Positions 9,651 to 19,056 of a stretch of DNA of 31,353 nt are shown here, piece after piece. The DNA lies in assembly GCA_023255355.1 (NCBI GenBank), contig JALRIU010000073.1:1-31353 (forward strand), given 5' to 3'. A model generated the notes under the pieces. The model made no database searches. It saw nothing but the letters and a program-made list of their open reading frames with translations, and was not told where the DNA came from. The stretch is from Pseudomonadales bacterium (GTDB lineage: Bacteria; Pseudomonadota; Gammaproteobacteria; Pseudomonadales; JAHEIH01). The number at the start of each line of letters is the position of its first letter. Position 1 is the first letter of the stretch. The position numbers were made by a program, and so were the translations under genes.

Positions 9651-10313
9651 TTAAGCCTCCTTCACTGCACGCGTGTTGGGTGCAATTTTAAATTCAGACT
9701 CTTCAACTTGTTTTGGTTTGTATGCGCGAAGTGCCCAAATAAAGAAACCAATCAGGAAGAAAGCGCTTGGTGGCAATAACAGCATTCCATTAGGAACATA
9801 CCAGCCACCATCTTGGACCAAAGATAAAACTTCGATACCAAATAGCTTACCCGAACCAAAGAGTTCACGAACAAAACCGATTGTCATTAACACAAAGCTG
9901 TAACCCAAACCGTTAGCAATACCATCAATGAAACTTGGTAATGGCGGGTTTTTCATGGCAAATGCTTCAGCACGGCCCATTACGATACAGTTAGTGATAA
10001 TCAAACCGACGAATACCGACAGCTGTTTACTGATTTCAAAGGCATAAGCTTTCAAAAATTGGTCAACAACAATAACCAATGATGCAATGATAACCATCTG
10101 CACGATAATGCGAATTGAACTAGGTATTTGGCTTCGAATCATTGAAATCAATAAGTTCGAAAAAGCCGTAACAACGGTTACTGACAAAGACATAACCAAC
10201 GCCACTTTAAGGCTTGAGGTCACCGCCAATGCAGAACAAATACCTAAAATTTGAAGGGCGATGGGGTTGTTATCAACAACTGGACCCATCAACTGTTCTT
10301 TAAGCTTAGCCAT
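9651..10313 (-). CDS. nqrD: Na+-translocating NADH:quinone reductase subunit D
   Basis: [18 protein letters not shown] and [18 protein letters not shown] motifs. Confidence 0.96.
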   Translation of the reverse strand: MAKLKEQLMGPVVDNNPIALQILGICSALAVTSSLKVALVMSLSVTVVTAFSNLLISMIRSQIPSSIRIIVQMVIIASLVIVVDQFLKAYAFEISKQLSVFVGLIITNCIVMGRAEAFAMKNPPLPSFIDGIANGLGYSFVLMTIGFVRELFGSGKLFGIEVLSLVQDGGWYVPNGMLLLPPSAFFLIGFFIWALRAYKPKQVEESEFKIAPNTRAVKEA

Positions 10314-10315
10314 AA

Positions 10316-11086
10316 TTACACCTCGCCATTACGCAATTTATTCAAGAATGGCTTGTAACCAAGCTCACCCATCCAAAACTGCACTAAATTAGTCACACCG
10401 CGGCTTGTCAATGTAGCTCCTGACAAACCATCCACTTGATAAGCAGCATCGGCAGATGAAGGATCAACATTGCCTTTAATAAGAGCGATGTTTACATTAC
10501 CGTCTTGATAAACCTGCTTACCAGGCCATAGTGCTTTCCAATTTGGGTTGTCAACCTCACCACCCAATCCAGGTGTTTCACCATGCTCGTAGAAACCGAT
10601 ACCTGCTACAGTGCTCGCATCATTTTCCAACGCAATAAAGCCATACAAAGTGCCCCACAAACCATAACCACGGATTGGAAGAATCACTTTATCCAAGCCT
10701 TGCTCATTTTTCACAAGATAGACAGTGGCGTATTGTTCCAAACGGATCAATTTAGCAGAATCTTCGTCAGCAGAAAGTTTGCGTGATAATTGCGGATCTT
10801 TAGCTGACTTGATTTGATCGTAGCTATCAACGTTGACGTCAGAGCTATATTCACCGGTGCTCAAATTGATCACACGTGCTTCAACAGCCTTAAATTGCTC
10901 TTCAACACTGACACCGTCTTGCAAAAGACCTGCCGCCGCCAAAATATTTGTTTTACGATCGAGAATTTGATTTTCGACCTGTTTAGACTTCAAGCTAACC
11001 GCTGCACCAGATACAACCAATGCACAGATAATGCAAAGCGCGACTGCAACCTGAAGGGTTTTACCAATAGAATCGTTACTAGCCAC
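10316..11086 (-). CDS. nqrC: Na+-translocating NADH:quinone reductase subunit C
   Basis: [15 protein letters not shown] and the flavinylation motif [10 protein letters not shown]; GTG start overlaps the nqrB stop. Confidence 0.96.
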   Translation of the reverse strand: MASNDSIGKTLQVAVALCIICALVVSGAAVSLKSKQVENQILDRKTNILAAAGLLQDGVSVEEQFKAVEARVINLSTGEYSSDVNVDSYDQIKSAKDPQLSRKLSADEDSAKLIRLEQYATVYLVKNEQGLDKVILPIRGYGLWGTLYGFIALENDASTVAGIGFYEHGETPGLGGEVDNPNWKALWPGKQVYQDGNVNIALIKGNVDPSSADAAYQVDGLSGATLTSRGVTNLVQFWMGELGYKPFLNKLRNGEV

Positions 11087-12278
11087 GTGCCAACCTCCGC
11101 TTAATATTGGATTGAACCACGAAATGGTCGATCAAAGGTGCAAACAAATTCGAGAAAAGAATCGCCAGCATCATACCTTCTGGGAATGCTGGGTTTACCA
11201 CACGAATCAGCACAACCATTAAACCAATCAAGATACCGTAGAACCACTTGCCTTTATTTGTCATGGAAGCAGATACTGGATCAGTTGCCATAAAGATCAT
11301 ACCAAAGGCAAAACCACCCACTACCATATGCCAATACCAAGGCATAGCAAACATTGGATTAGTATCAGAACCAATAAAATTAAACAGTGTAGACAAGGCC
11401 ACCATGCCCAAGAACACACCGAATACGATACGCCATGCAGCAATGCCGGTACCTAACAACAACGCACCACCAAGCAAAATCGCCATGGTTGAAGTTTCAC
11501 CGTTAGAACCAGGTATAAAACCAAAGAAAGAGTTTGCCCAGCCAAACTGACTAGCCATGGCGTCAACACCTTGTGATGCTGCCACTGATAGAGGCGTCGC
11601 CATGGTGTAACCATCAACTGCCACCCATACTGCATCGCCTGACATAAACGTTGGATATGCAAAGAAAAGGAAAGCACGGCCTGTTAAGGCAGGGTTCAAG
11701 AAGTTTTTACCAGTACCACCAAAGACTTCTTTACCAACAACGATACCAAAGCTGATGCCTAGCGCAACAATCCACAAGGGCAATGTTGGAGGACAAGAAA
11801 GCGCAAATAGGATTGATGTAACAAAGAAACCTTCGTTCACTTCGTGACCACGCTTCATAGCAAACAATACTTCCCAGAAGCCGCCGACAACAAAAGTGAC
11901 AGCATAAATAGGAAGGAAGTACCAAAGACCATGCCAGAAGTTATCCCACGTACTATTTGGATCTAAGCCAGACAGCATAGTAATGAAACCTGAGCGCCAA
12001 CCTTCAATAGCAGCTGTTCCCAACTCAGCCATTGCGGTATTCGCTTGTAAGCCGACGTTGTACATTCCAAAGAACATAGCTGGAAACGCAGCAAACCAGA
12101 CGGTAATCATGATTCTTTTCAGATCAATACCATCGCGCACGTGTGCACTCGTTTTGGTGACTGATGAAGGTGAATAAAAAATGGTATCAACCGCTTCGTA
12201 AAGCGCGTACCAATTTTCATAACGACCACCCTTATGAAAGTGTGGTTCCATCGAATCTAATAATTTTCTTAAAGCCAT
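11079..12278 (-). CDS. nqrB: Na+-translocating NADH:quinone reductase subunit B
   Basis: [36 protein letters not shown] and FMATDPVS motifs; flavinylation site reads DGYTMAT. Confidence 0.96.
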   Translation of the reverse strand: MALRKLLDSMEPHFHKGGRYENWYALYEAVDTIFYSPSSVTKTSAHVRDGIDLKRIMITVWFAAFPAMFFGMYNVGLQANTAMAELGTAAIEGWRSGFITMLSGLDPNSTWDNFWHGLWYFLPIYAVTFVVGGFWEVLFAMKRGHEVNEGFFVTSILFALSCPPTLPLWIVALGISFGIVVGKEVFGGTGKNFLNPALTGRAFLFFAYPTFMSGDAVWVAVDGYTMATPLSVAASQGVDAMASQFGWANSFFGFIPGSNGETSTMAILLGGALLLGTGIAAWRIVFGVFLGMVALSTLFNFIGSDTNPMFAMPWYWHMVVGGFAFGMIFMATDPVSASMTNKGKWFYGILIGLMVVLIRVVNPAFPEGMMLAILFSNLFAPLIDHFVVQSNIKRRLARG

Positions 12279-12281
12279 GGA

Positions 12282-13619
12282 TTAACCCTCTTTCTCAATA
12301 CGAGTTAAATTTTCACGAAGAATCGGGCCGTATTCATATTTGCTCTGACACACATAGGTGCACAGCGCCAAATCTTCTTCGTCCAATTCCAAGCAACCCA
12401 GTAATTGAGCTGTAGCAGTATCACCAACGATTAACGAACGCAATAATTGCGTTGGTAGAACATCGAGAGGAACAACTTTCTCATAAGAACCCATTGGTAC
12501 CATGGCTCGTTCAGAACCATTGGTATTCGTGGTGTATGAAAAAAGTTTTGACGGCATCAATTTTGATAGGTAAATACGCAGCATAGAGTGCTTATCAGCA
12601 CCTGGCGACAACCAACCCATAAACTCACGATGGGTACCTTCCAACAAGACACTTACTTGCAAATCATAACGACCCAAATAGGCAAGCGCACCACGCGTTG
12701 TGCGTCCGGCCAAGACAGAACCTGAAATAACACGGTTATCACCGGCCTTCATTTGTCCTGCGGTCAACTCATCCAAGTTTGCACCTAGGCGAGTACGAAT
12801 TAAACGAGGTTGCTCAACCTGAGGACCAGCGAGAGAAATCACGCGATCAGTGAACAATTTACCTTCAAGGAATAATTTACCGACAGCAATGGTGTCTTGA
12901 TAGTTAATCGTCCATGCTTGACGGCTAGCACTAACTGGCGCCAAGTAATGAATATGGGTGCCTGGCAAGCCTGCAGGATGTGGACCAGAGAACTCTGCAC
13001 TTCGTACATTGCTTGGAAGATCAAGCTGACTTCCTGGCGCACTACAAACAAACGTTTCGCCATCAGTCAAACGACTTAACACCTGCACACCAGCTTTAAA
13101 GGCTTCAGTCTGCTCAGCAATAACAACATTTGGATTGGCAGCCAGCGGACGCGTATCCATAGCATTAACAAACACAGCACTTGGCTGCGCATCTAGCGCA
13201 GGAACTTTGCTAAATGGACGAGCACGTAATGCCGTCCACAAACCAGACTTCACCAAATTATCAACGACGCTTGCACGTGACAGACTAGCAAGGTCTGCTG
13301 CTGAATAGGTATCAAATTGAACGTATTCATCTTCCTCAACGTCGATAACGACAGATTGTAGAACACGTTTTTCACCACGATTAATTGCTGAAACAACACC
13401 AGTAGCTGGCGCAGTGTAAATAACACCTTCAGTTTTCTTGTCTGCAAAAATCGCTTGACCTGTGGTAACCCGATCTCCCTCTTTTACCAGCATTGTTGGC
13501 TTCATACCAACATAATCGAAGCCTACTAAAGCAACACTACGTGCCTTAGGACCCTCGCTGATAACTTGATCAGGGGCACCGGAGATGGGTAAATCCAAAC
13601 CCCGTTTGATCTTGATCAT
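12282..13619 (-). CDS. nqrA: Na+-translocating NADH:quinone reductase subunit A
   Basis: Begins [14 protein letters not shown] at ATG 13619 (AAGGTG SD 9 nt upstream); [14 protein letters not shown] and IEKEG C-terminus. Confidence 0.96.
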   Translation of the reverse strand: MIKIKRGLDLPISGAPDQVISEGPKARSVALVGFDYVGMKPTMLVKEGDRVTTGQAIFADKKTEGVIYTAPATGVVSAINRGEKRVLQSVVIDVEEDEYVQFDTYSAADLASLSRASVVDNLVKSGLWTALRARPFSKVPALDAQPSAVFVNAMDTRPLAANPNVVIAEQTEAFKAGVQVLSRLTDGETFVCSAPGSQLDLPSNVRSAEFSGPHPAGLPGTHIHYLAPVSASRQAWTINYQDTIAVGKLFLEGKLFTDRVISLAGPQVEQPRLIRTRLGANLDELTAGQMKAGDNRVISGSVLAGRTTRGALAYLGRYDLQVSVLLEGTHREFMGWLSPGADKHSMLRIYLSKLMPSKLFSYTTNTNGSERAMVPMGSYEKVVPLDVLPTQLLRSLIVGDTATAQLLGCLELDEEDLALCTYVCQSKYEYGPILRENLTRIEKEG

Positions 13620-13653
13620 TTGTATGTACACCTTTATAGGTTAGTTTGCCGAG

Positions 13654-13686
13654 TAGTGGAATGCGGTTCAGACGCCATTCCAACTA
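13654..13686 (-). promoter_or_regulatory. Bulged hairpin in the putative nqrA 5' leader
   Basis: Minus strand TAGT-T-GGAATG-G-CG-TCTGAAC-CG-CATTCC-ACTA: 12 bp with two single-nt bulges, ending about 18 nt before the SD. Confidence 0.45.
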
Positions 13687-13750
13687 TTTGCACGCATTTA
13701 GAAGCGCGACTTTAGAACACAAAACAGGCACAGTTCATGAACCCAGTATA

Positions 13751-13767
13751 TGCGGAGCGGAATGATA
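13751..13767 (-). promoter_or_regulatory. Candidate nqr promoter -10 with GC-rich discriminator
   Basis: TATCAT (13767-13762) followed by TCCGCTCCGCA; no good -35 at 17 bp. Confidence 0.35.
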
Positions 13768-13839
13768 CAGAAAAGACTGACTATTTACCACCAATGCAGT
13801 TGATAAATGACAATAAATAAATACAAATAAAAGGATTTG

Positions 13840-13864
13840 AGCAGGGATATAAACCCCTGCTTTT
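13840..13864. terminator. Terminator-like hairpin downstream of the GAPDH gene
   Basis: AGCAGGG-ATATAAAC-CCCTGCT (7-bp stem). The adjacent T tract (TTTTATT) is on the plus strand; on the minus strand the U-rich run is displaced by 7 nt. Confidence 0.55.
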
Positions 13865-13887
13865 ATTAGAGATTTCTAATCTAGCAA

Positions 13888-15354
13888 TTAAGCCTTAGGA
13901 TAGACCGCATAATTGACACCGGCCATTTGCTCGACAATACGATGAACCTGACAACTATAGCCAAACTCATTGTCATACCAACAATACAAAACCGCCGTTT
14001 TACCATTAACTATGGTTGCTTCAGCATCAAAGATACAGGCGCTTCTGCTACCGACAAAATCGCTGGATACCACTTCATGCGAATTGGAATAATCGATTTG
14101 CTTACGCAAATCCGAATACACTGCGACATTGCGCATATACTCGTTCATTTCTTCAACAGTGGTCGCTGTATTAAGGTTTAGCTTCAAAATTGCCATTGAA
14201 ACGTTTGGTGTAGGAACACGAATCGCATTACCCGTTAATTTACCCTCAAACTGAGGCAAAACTTTAGCAACCGCTTTGGCAGCGCCTGTTTCAGTAATAA
14301 CCATGTTCAGTGGCGCACTGCGACCACGACGATTACCTTTGTGATAATTATCAATTAAGTTCTGGTCGTTGGTGTAAGAGTGCACGGTTTCTACGTGGCC
14401 ATTTTCTATTCCAAATCGTTCCTCCAACGCTTTTAAAGGAGGGACGATAGCATTAGTGGTACATGAAGCCGCTGACAAAATGTTATCCGCATCGTCGATA
14501 GTATTGTTATTAACACCAAACACAATATTTTTGATATTGCCCTTTCCAGGAGCAGTCAACAATACCTTAGCCACGCCTTGAGCATTTAAGTGACGCCCAA
14601 GACCTGCCTCATCACGCCACACACCTGTATTATCAATAACAATAGCATTATTGATTCCATAGCTCGTGTAGTCGACATCTTCAGGAGCCGAAGAGTAAAT
14701 AACTTTAATTTCGTTACCATTAGCTACGATGGTTGAGTTTTCCTCGTCAACTCGAATAGTCCCTTTAAAAGGACCATGTACAGAGTCACGGCGTAACAGA
14801 CTGGCACGTTTATGAAGATCTTTCTCAGCCCCGCCCTTGCGAACCACAATGGCACGCAATCGCAGCGTTTCTCCGCCACCCGCTTTTTCAATCAACAGGC
14901 GAGCCAGTAATCGACCGATACGACCAAAGCCATACAAAACAATATCTCTAGGCTTTTCTAGAGCACGGCGCTGGTTACCAATCAGGTCACTAAGCTCAGC
15001 GCGCAAGAAATCATGCGGATCAGGTGCTGAGGTTTGCTTTAAAGATTCGAATTTTGTTGCTAAACGACCGATATCAATATGTGACATACCAATATCTAAA
15101 TCAGCCAAGGCGACCAACAAAGGATAGGTTTCAAATTCAGACAATTCACTACCAGTAATCTGACGCGCGGCACGGTGAATTTTCATGATTTCTAAGACCG
15201 ATTTTCCAACGATATCGCGGCCATAGACATAAACTTTGGCGCTTGATTTACGGTAGAGCTTGCCAACCAATGGAATCATTCGCTCGGCGAGTTCCTCGCG
15301 CTCTTTCCAGTCTATAAAATAGTTATCAGGACGTTCTCTTTTTTGCTCTGTCAA
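13888..15354 (-). CDS. gap: Glyceraldehyde-3-phosphate dehydrogenase, long form with N-terminal extension (GapB-like)
   Basis: YGFGRIGR, catalytic ASCTTN, VETVHSYTNDQ, RVPTPNVS and WYDNEFGY motifs. Start TTG 15354 (GGAG 8 nt upstream); the track's TTG 15360 is only 2 nt from that SD. Confidence 0.94.
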   Translation of the reverse strand: MTEQKRERPDNYFIDWKEREELAERMIPLVGKLYRKSSAKVYVYGRDIVGKSVLEIMKIHRAARQITGSELSEFETYPLLVALADLDIGMSHIDIGRLATKFESLKQTSAPDPHDFLRAELSDLIGNQRRALEKPRDIVLYGFGRIGRLLARLLIEKAGGGETLRLRAIVVRKGGAEKDLHKRASLLRRDSVHGPFKGTIRVDEENSTIVANGNEIKVIYSSAPEDVDYTSYGINNAIVIDNTGVWRDEAGLGRHLNAQGVAKVLLTAPGKGNIKNIVFGVNNNTIDDADNILSAASCTTNAIVPPLKALEERFGIENGHVETVHSYTNDQNLIDNYHKGNRRGRSAPLNMVITETGAAKAVAKVLPQFEGKLTGNAIRVPTPNVSMAILKLNLNTATTVEEMNEYMRNVAVYSDLRKQIDYSNSHEVVSSDFVGSRSACIFDAEATIVNGKTAVLYCWYDNEFGYSCQVHRIVEQMAGVNYAVYPKA

Positions 15355-15420
15355 AATCAATTCTCCGTGAAAGCATAGATTTTTAAGGATTATTTATGTG
15401 CAGTGTTTTAGTTTTAAACA

Positions 15421-15449
15421 ATTATGGTCTAGCACAACGTATCGCACAA
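15421..15449 (-). promoter_or_regulatory. Candidate sigma70 promoter of gap
   Basis: TTGTGC (15449-15444), 17 nt spacer, CATAAT (15426-15421). Confidence 0.55.
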
Positions 15450-15465
15450 GTTTCTGACCCAAACC

Positions 15466-15480
15466 TGTAATTTTGCTACT
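15466..15480. promoter_or_regulatory. HexR-like operator (gap-proximal, weaker)
   Basis: TGTAATTTTGCTACT; TGTA-N7-TAC pattern; 11/15 identical to the box at 15508. Confidence 0.4.
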
Positions 15481-15490
15481 CAAGAACGCG

Positions 15491-15508
15491 ATTGGTAACG
15501 TTAACAAT
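15491..15508. promoter_or_regulatory. LacI-family-type palindromic operator
   Basis: ATTGGTAACGTTAACAAT, an 18-bp palindrome with one mismatched pair and a central CG. Confidence 0.45.
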
Positions 15509-15522
15509 GTAAAATTACTACA
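15508..15522. promoter_or_regulatory. HexR-like operator (gap-distal, stronger)
   Basis: TGTAAAATTACTACA = TGTA-N7-TACA, matching the gammaproteobacterial HexR motif as recalled; lies upstream of a gap gene, a known HexR target class. Confidence 0.55.
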
Positions 15523-15553
15523 CTCTTTAAGTCGATTTTGAAGTCCAGAACAA

Positions 15554-15582
15554 TGGAGATATGCCTAGCGAATAGGTAGAAT
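15554..15582 (+). promoter_or_regulatory. Candidate sigma70 promoter of mfd-csiV
   Basis: TGGAGA (15554-15559), 17 nt spacer, TAGAAT (15577-15582), 27 nt before the mfd ATG. Confidence 0.45.
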
Positions 15583-15609
15583 GCTCACTTTTGTAAATAT
15601 AGAGAAAAC

Positions 15610-18600
15610 ATGTCAAGTCTGTCCCTCCTGCCGGCGCTGCCTAACCAGCAAGCAAGACAACGCTGGACCAACTTACGTGGCTGCTCCTTAGGGCTTGCCA
15701 TTGCCGAGGCTATGCACGAACACCGCAGTGCCATCCTGGTGGTTTGTCGAGACGGATTAACAGCTCAACAGGTCGAACAGGACATACAATTTTTCAGTGG
15801 CAACAATGATCTGGTGATGCATTTCCCAGATTGGGAAACACTTCCATACGATCATTTTTCTCCCCACCAAGATATCATTTCAGACCGCCTAAAAATTCTG
15901 CATCGGTTGACCCGAGGCGAGCCATTGGTGCTAGTAACAACCGTCACTTCACTGATTCAACGCATCGCTCCAAGCCAATATTTAAATGCCCACAGCACGC
16001 TATTGGAAAGCGGCCAATTATTTGATATCAACAGCCAACGCCAACACTGGGAAGCTGCGGGATACCGTTGTGTCGATACTGTCTATGAACATGGTGAATT
16101 TGCTGTGCGCGGTTCAGTCATTGATCTATTCCCAATGGGCAGCAAAGTACCCTACCGTATTGATTTGTTTGACGACGAACTAGAGAGCCTCAGGAGCTTT
16201 GACCCAGAAACCCAACGCACTCTTGAAAAAGTTGAGCGGGTCGAAATATTGCCCGCCAGAGAATTTCCATTAGATCAGGAAGGCATCAAACGCTTCAGAA
16301 ATAATTGGCATGAAATGTTCGATGTTGATCCTCGCCGATGCTCAGTCTATAAAGACATAAGCGATGGTATCGCGCCAGCGGGGATCGAATATTACTTGCC
16401 CTTGTTTTATGAAGAGACTAATAGCCTTCTAGATTATCTGCCCAATGAAAGCTTATTATTTGCCGATGCCGCCCTACAAACTACAGTTGAACAATACTGG
16501 CAAGACGTTAATAACCGCTTCAACGATTTGGGCATAGATCCGACTCGCCCCCTACTGGCGCCAAAACACTTGTTCCTCGCAAGTGATGAACTTTTCGCGC
16601 GCTTTAAAGGCCTTTCCAGAGCAGTTTTTAGCGCTGACAATGACGACAAAAGCCAATTCGTATTTCCAGCTAAAGCCGGAATCGATCTGAGCATTGACGC
16701 TCGCGCCGAAGAACCTTTAACACCTGTCATACAATTTATTGAAAGCCAAAAGCAACGCATACTGTTTTGCGCCGAATCCAATGGTCGTCGCGAAGCTATC
16801 CTAGAGCTATTTGCCAAAGCTAATATTCGACCCAAAGTCTTCGATACTTGGCAAGATTTTATAAATTCTGACACATCTCTCGCCATCACCGTTGCGCCAC
16901 TGCAAATGGGTGTCAACCTTCCTAGCCTAGCTATTCAAATCATCGCAGAGCCCCAGCTTTTTGGGCAGCGTGTAATGCAAAGGCGTCGCCGCAAACGCAG
17001 TAGTGAAAACACCGAACTCGCCGTTAAAAGTCTTGCTGAATTAGTGCCTGGCAAGGCTGTTGTTCATACCGAACACGGTATCGGTCGCTATTTAGGCCTC
17101 GAAAGCATACTTATTGATGGGCAATCGAGTGAATTTTTAGCACTCCAATATGCTGATGGAGCTAAGCTATATGTGCCCGTCACATCGCTCGAATTAATTA
17201 GCTTATACTCAGGTGGCGATGATAGTGCTGCCCCTCTGCATAGATTAGGCACAGAACAGTGGAGCAAAGCACGTCGCAAAGCAGCAGAAAAAGCGCGTGA
17301 TGCCGCGGCCGAATTGCTCGATATCTATTCACGTCGAGCTGCCAGACCTGGCGTAGCCTGCGAATACTCCGATTTAAACTATCAGCAATTCGCTGCAGGT
17401 TTCCCATTTGAAGAAACTCCTGACCAAGTAGAAGCCATTGAGGCAGTGTTGGGCGATATGCGGGCCAAGACGCCGATGGATCGTCTAGTTTGTGGTGATG
17501 TAGGCTTTGGTAAAACCGAAGTCGCAATGCGCGCAGCATTTGCCGCAGTAGATGCTGGCAAGCAGGTTGCTTTACTTGTTCCTACTACACTGCTTGCCCA
17601 ACAACATTATGAAACCTTCAGAGATCGATTTGCCGACTGGCCTGTCAGCGTTGAAGTTGTGTCTCGATTTAAGTCAGACAAAGATATCAAGGACATTACT
17701 CAGAGATTGGCTGACGGCAAAGTCGATATCTTAGTCGGCACACATAAATTGATTCAAAGCAGTATCGTATTTTCTGATCTTGGGCTACTCATTATCGATG
17801 AAGAACATCGCTTTGGCGTCAAACAAAAAGAGGCCATCAAAGCTCTCAGGGCAGAAGTTGATATCTTAACGTTAACCGCCACCCCGATTCCGCGTACGCT
17901 AAACATGGCCATGACGGGCATGCGCGATCTGAGTATTATCGCCACGCCTCCAGCTCGACGTTTATCGGTCAAAACCTTTGTCAGCGAGAAGAAAAAGCCG
18001 CTTATCAAAGAGGCGATTTGGCGTGAACTCTTGCGTGGCGGCCAAGTGTATTTTTTGCACAACGAGGTCAAAACCATCGATAACGCAGCACGCGAACTAC
18101 AGGAACTTATCCCTGAAGCACGTATTGGCATCGGCCATGGACAAATGCGTGAACGCGACCTTGAACAAGTGATGAGCGATTTCTATCACAAAAAGACCAA
18201 CATTCTTTTGTGCACAACAATTATCGAGACAGGTATTGATGTGCCTAATGCCAACACCATGATTATTGATCGCGCCGATAAATTTGGTTTGGCTCAATTG
18301 CATCAACTGCGCGGCCGTGTTGGTCGCTCGCACCACCAGGCGTATGCCTATCTGCTCACTCCAGAATCTAAAGCAATGACCGACGATGCCCATAAACGAC
18401 TTGAGGCGATCGCTCTTGCAGACACGCTTGGCGCGGGGTTTACTCTCGCCAGTCACGACCTTGAAATACGAGGCGCAGGTGAACTTCTCGGTGACGAGCA
18501 ATCAGGTCAGATCCAAACTGTCGGGCTCAGCATGTACATGGACATGCTAGATCGCGCCGTCAAAGCTTTACGTAAAGGACAGAAGGTTGATTTGGATACT

Positions 18601-19056
18601 GCATTACACACTGGCCCTGAAGTAAACCTTAGAATCGCTGCCTTAATTCCAGATGAATATCTGCCCGATGTAAACGCCCGCCTGAACCTTTATAAGCGCA
18701 TCTCAGCGAGTAAGGACAAGCACCAACTTCGCGAATTACAGGTTGAGATGATTGATCGTTTCGGTTTATTACCAGACCAAACCAAGGCACTATTTGCCGT
18801 GAGTGATATTAAATTATTGTGTGATGAGATCGGCGTCACAAAACTCGATATAGGTAGCACCGGTGGCGGTTTAGAGTTTAGTAATCACACTAGCGTAGAC
18901 CCCATGACCATTATCCGCCTTCTTCAAAGCCGTGCCGGAAAGTTCCGCATGGCTGGGGCAACTGGCATACGTTTTAGCGAGACTTTACCCGAAGCACAGG
19001 ATAGACTTGATTTTGCCATCGGAATTTTAAAAGAACTTGGAGCCAAGGGTGAATAA
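15610..19056 (+). CDS. mfd: Transcription-repair coupling factor Mfd
   Basis: 1148 aa; PDWETLPYD, RGSVIDLFP, GDVGFGKT, DEEH, TATPIPRTL, QLRGRVGRS and DLEIRGAGELLG motifs. Confidence 0.98.
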   Translation: MSSLSLLPALPNQQARQRWTNLRGCSLGLAIAEAMHEHRSAILVVCRDGLTAQQVEQDIQFFSGNNDLVMHFPDWETLPYDHFSPHQDIISDRLKILHRLTRGEPLVLVTTVTSLIQRIAPSQYLNAHSTLLESGQLFDINSQRQHWEAAGYRCVDTVYEHGEFAVRGSVIDLFPMGSKVPYRIDLFDDELESLRSFDPETQRTLEKVERVEILPAREFPLDQEGIKRFRNNWHEMFDVDPRRCSVYKDISDGIAPAGIEYYLPLFYEETNSLLDYLPNESLLFADAALQTTVEQYWQDVNNRFNDLGIDPTRPLLAPKHLFLASDELFARFKGLSRAVFSADNDDKSQFVFPAKAGIDLSIDARAEEPLTPVIQFIESQKQRILFCAESNGRREAILELFAKANIRPKVFDTWQDFINSDTSLAITVAPLQMGVNLPSLAIQIIAEPQLFGQRVMQRRRRKRSSENTELAVKSLAELVPGKAVVHTEHGIGRYLGLESILIDGQSSEFLALQYADGAKLYVPVTSLELISLYSGGDDSAAPLHRLGTEQWSKARRKAAEKARDAAAELLDIYSRRAARPGVACEYSDLNYQQFAAGFPFEETPDQVEAIEAVLGDMRAKTPMDRLVCGDVGFGKTEVAMRAAFAAVDAGKQVALLVPTTLLAQQHYETFRDRFADWPVSVEVVSRFKSDKDIKDITQRLADGKVDILVGTHKLIQSSIVFSDLGLLIIDEEHRFGVKQKEAIKALRAEVDILTLTATPIPRTLNMAMTGMRDLSIIATPPARRLSVKTFVSEKKKPLIKEAIWRELLRGGQVYFLHNEVKTIDNAARELQELIPEARIGIGHGQMRERDLEQVMSDFYHKKTNILLCTTIIETGIDVPNANTMIIDRADKFGLAQLHQLRGRVGRSHHQAYAYLLTPESKAMTDDAHKRLEAIALADTLGAGFTLASHDLEIRGAGELLGDEQSGQIQTVGLSMYMDMLDRAVKALRKGQKVDLDTALHTGPEVNLRIAALIPDEYLPDVNARLNLYKRISASKDKHQLRELQVEMIDRFGLLPDQTKALFAVSDIKLLCDEIGVTKLDIGSTGGGLEFSNHTSVDPMTIIRLLQSRAGKFRMAGATGIRFSETLPEAQDRLDFAIGILKELGAKGE

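Noticed and set aside
11880-11885. Korormicin-resistance substitution in NqrB
   Set aside because: The site reads VVGGFWEV with both glycines, the sensitive-type sequence.
13800-13813. FNR/ANR-like box TTGAT-AAAT-GACAA upstream of nqrA
   Set aside because: 8/10 match in very AT-rich sequence, centred near -51 rather than -41.5 relative to an uncertain start; not distinguishable from chance without a matrix score.
16434-16916. 160-aa antisense ORF inside mfd (and similar shadow ORFs such as 26550-26984, 18097-18501, 17754-18131)
   Set aside because: They lie opposite conserved genes, have no recognisable motif, and are an expected by-product of codon bias.
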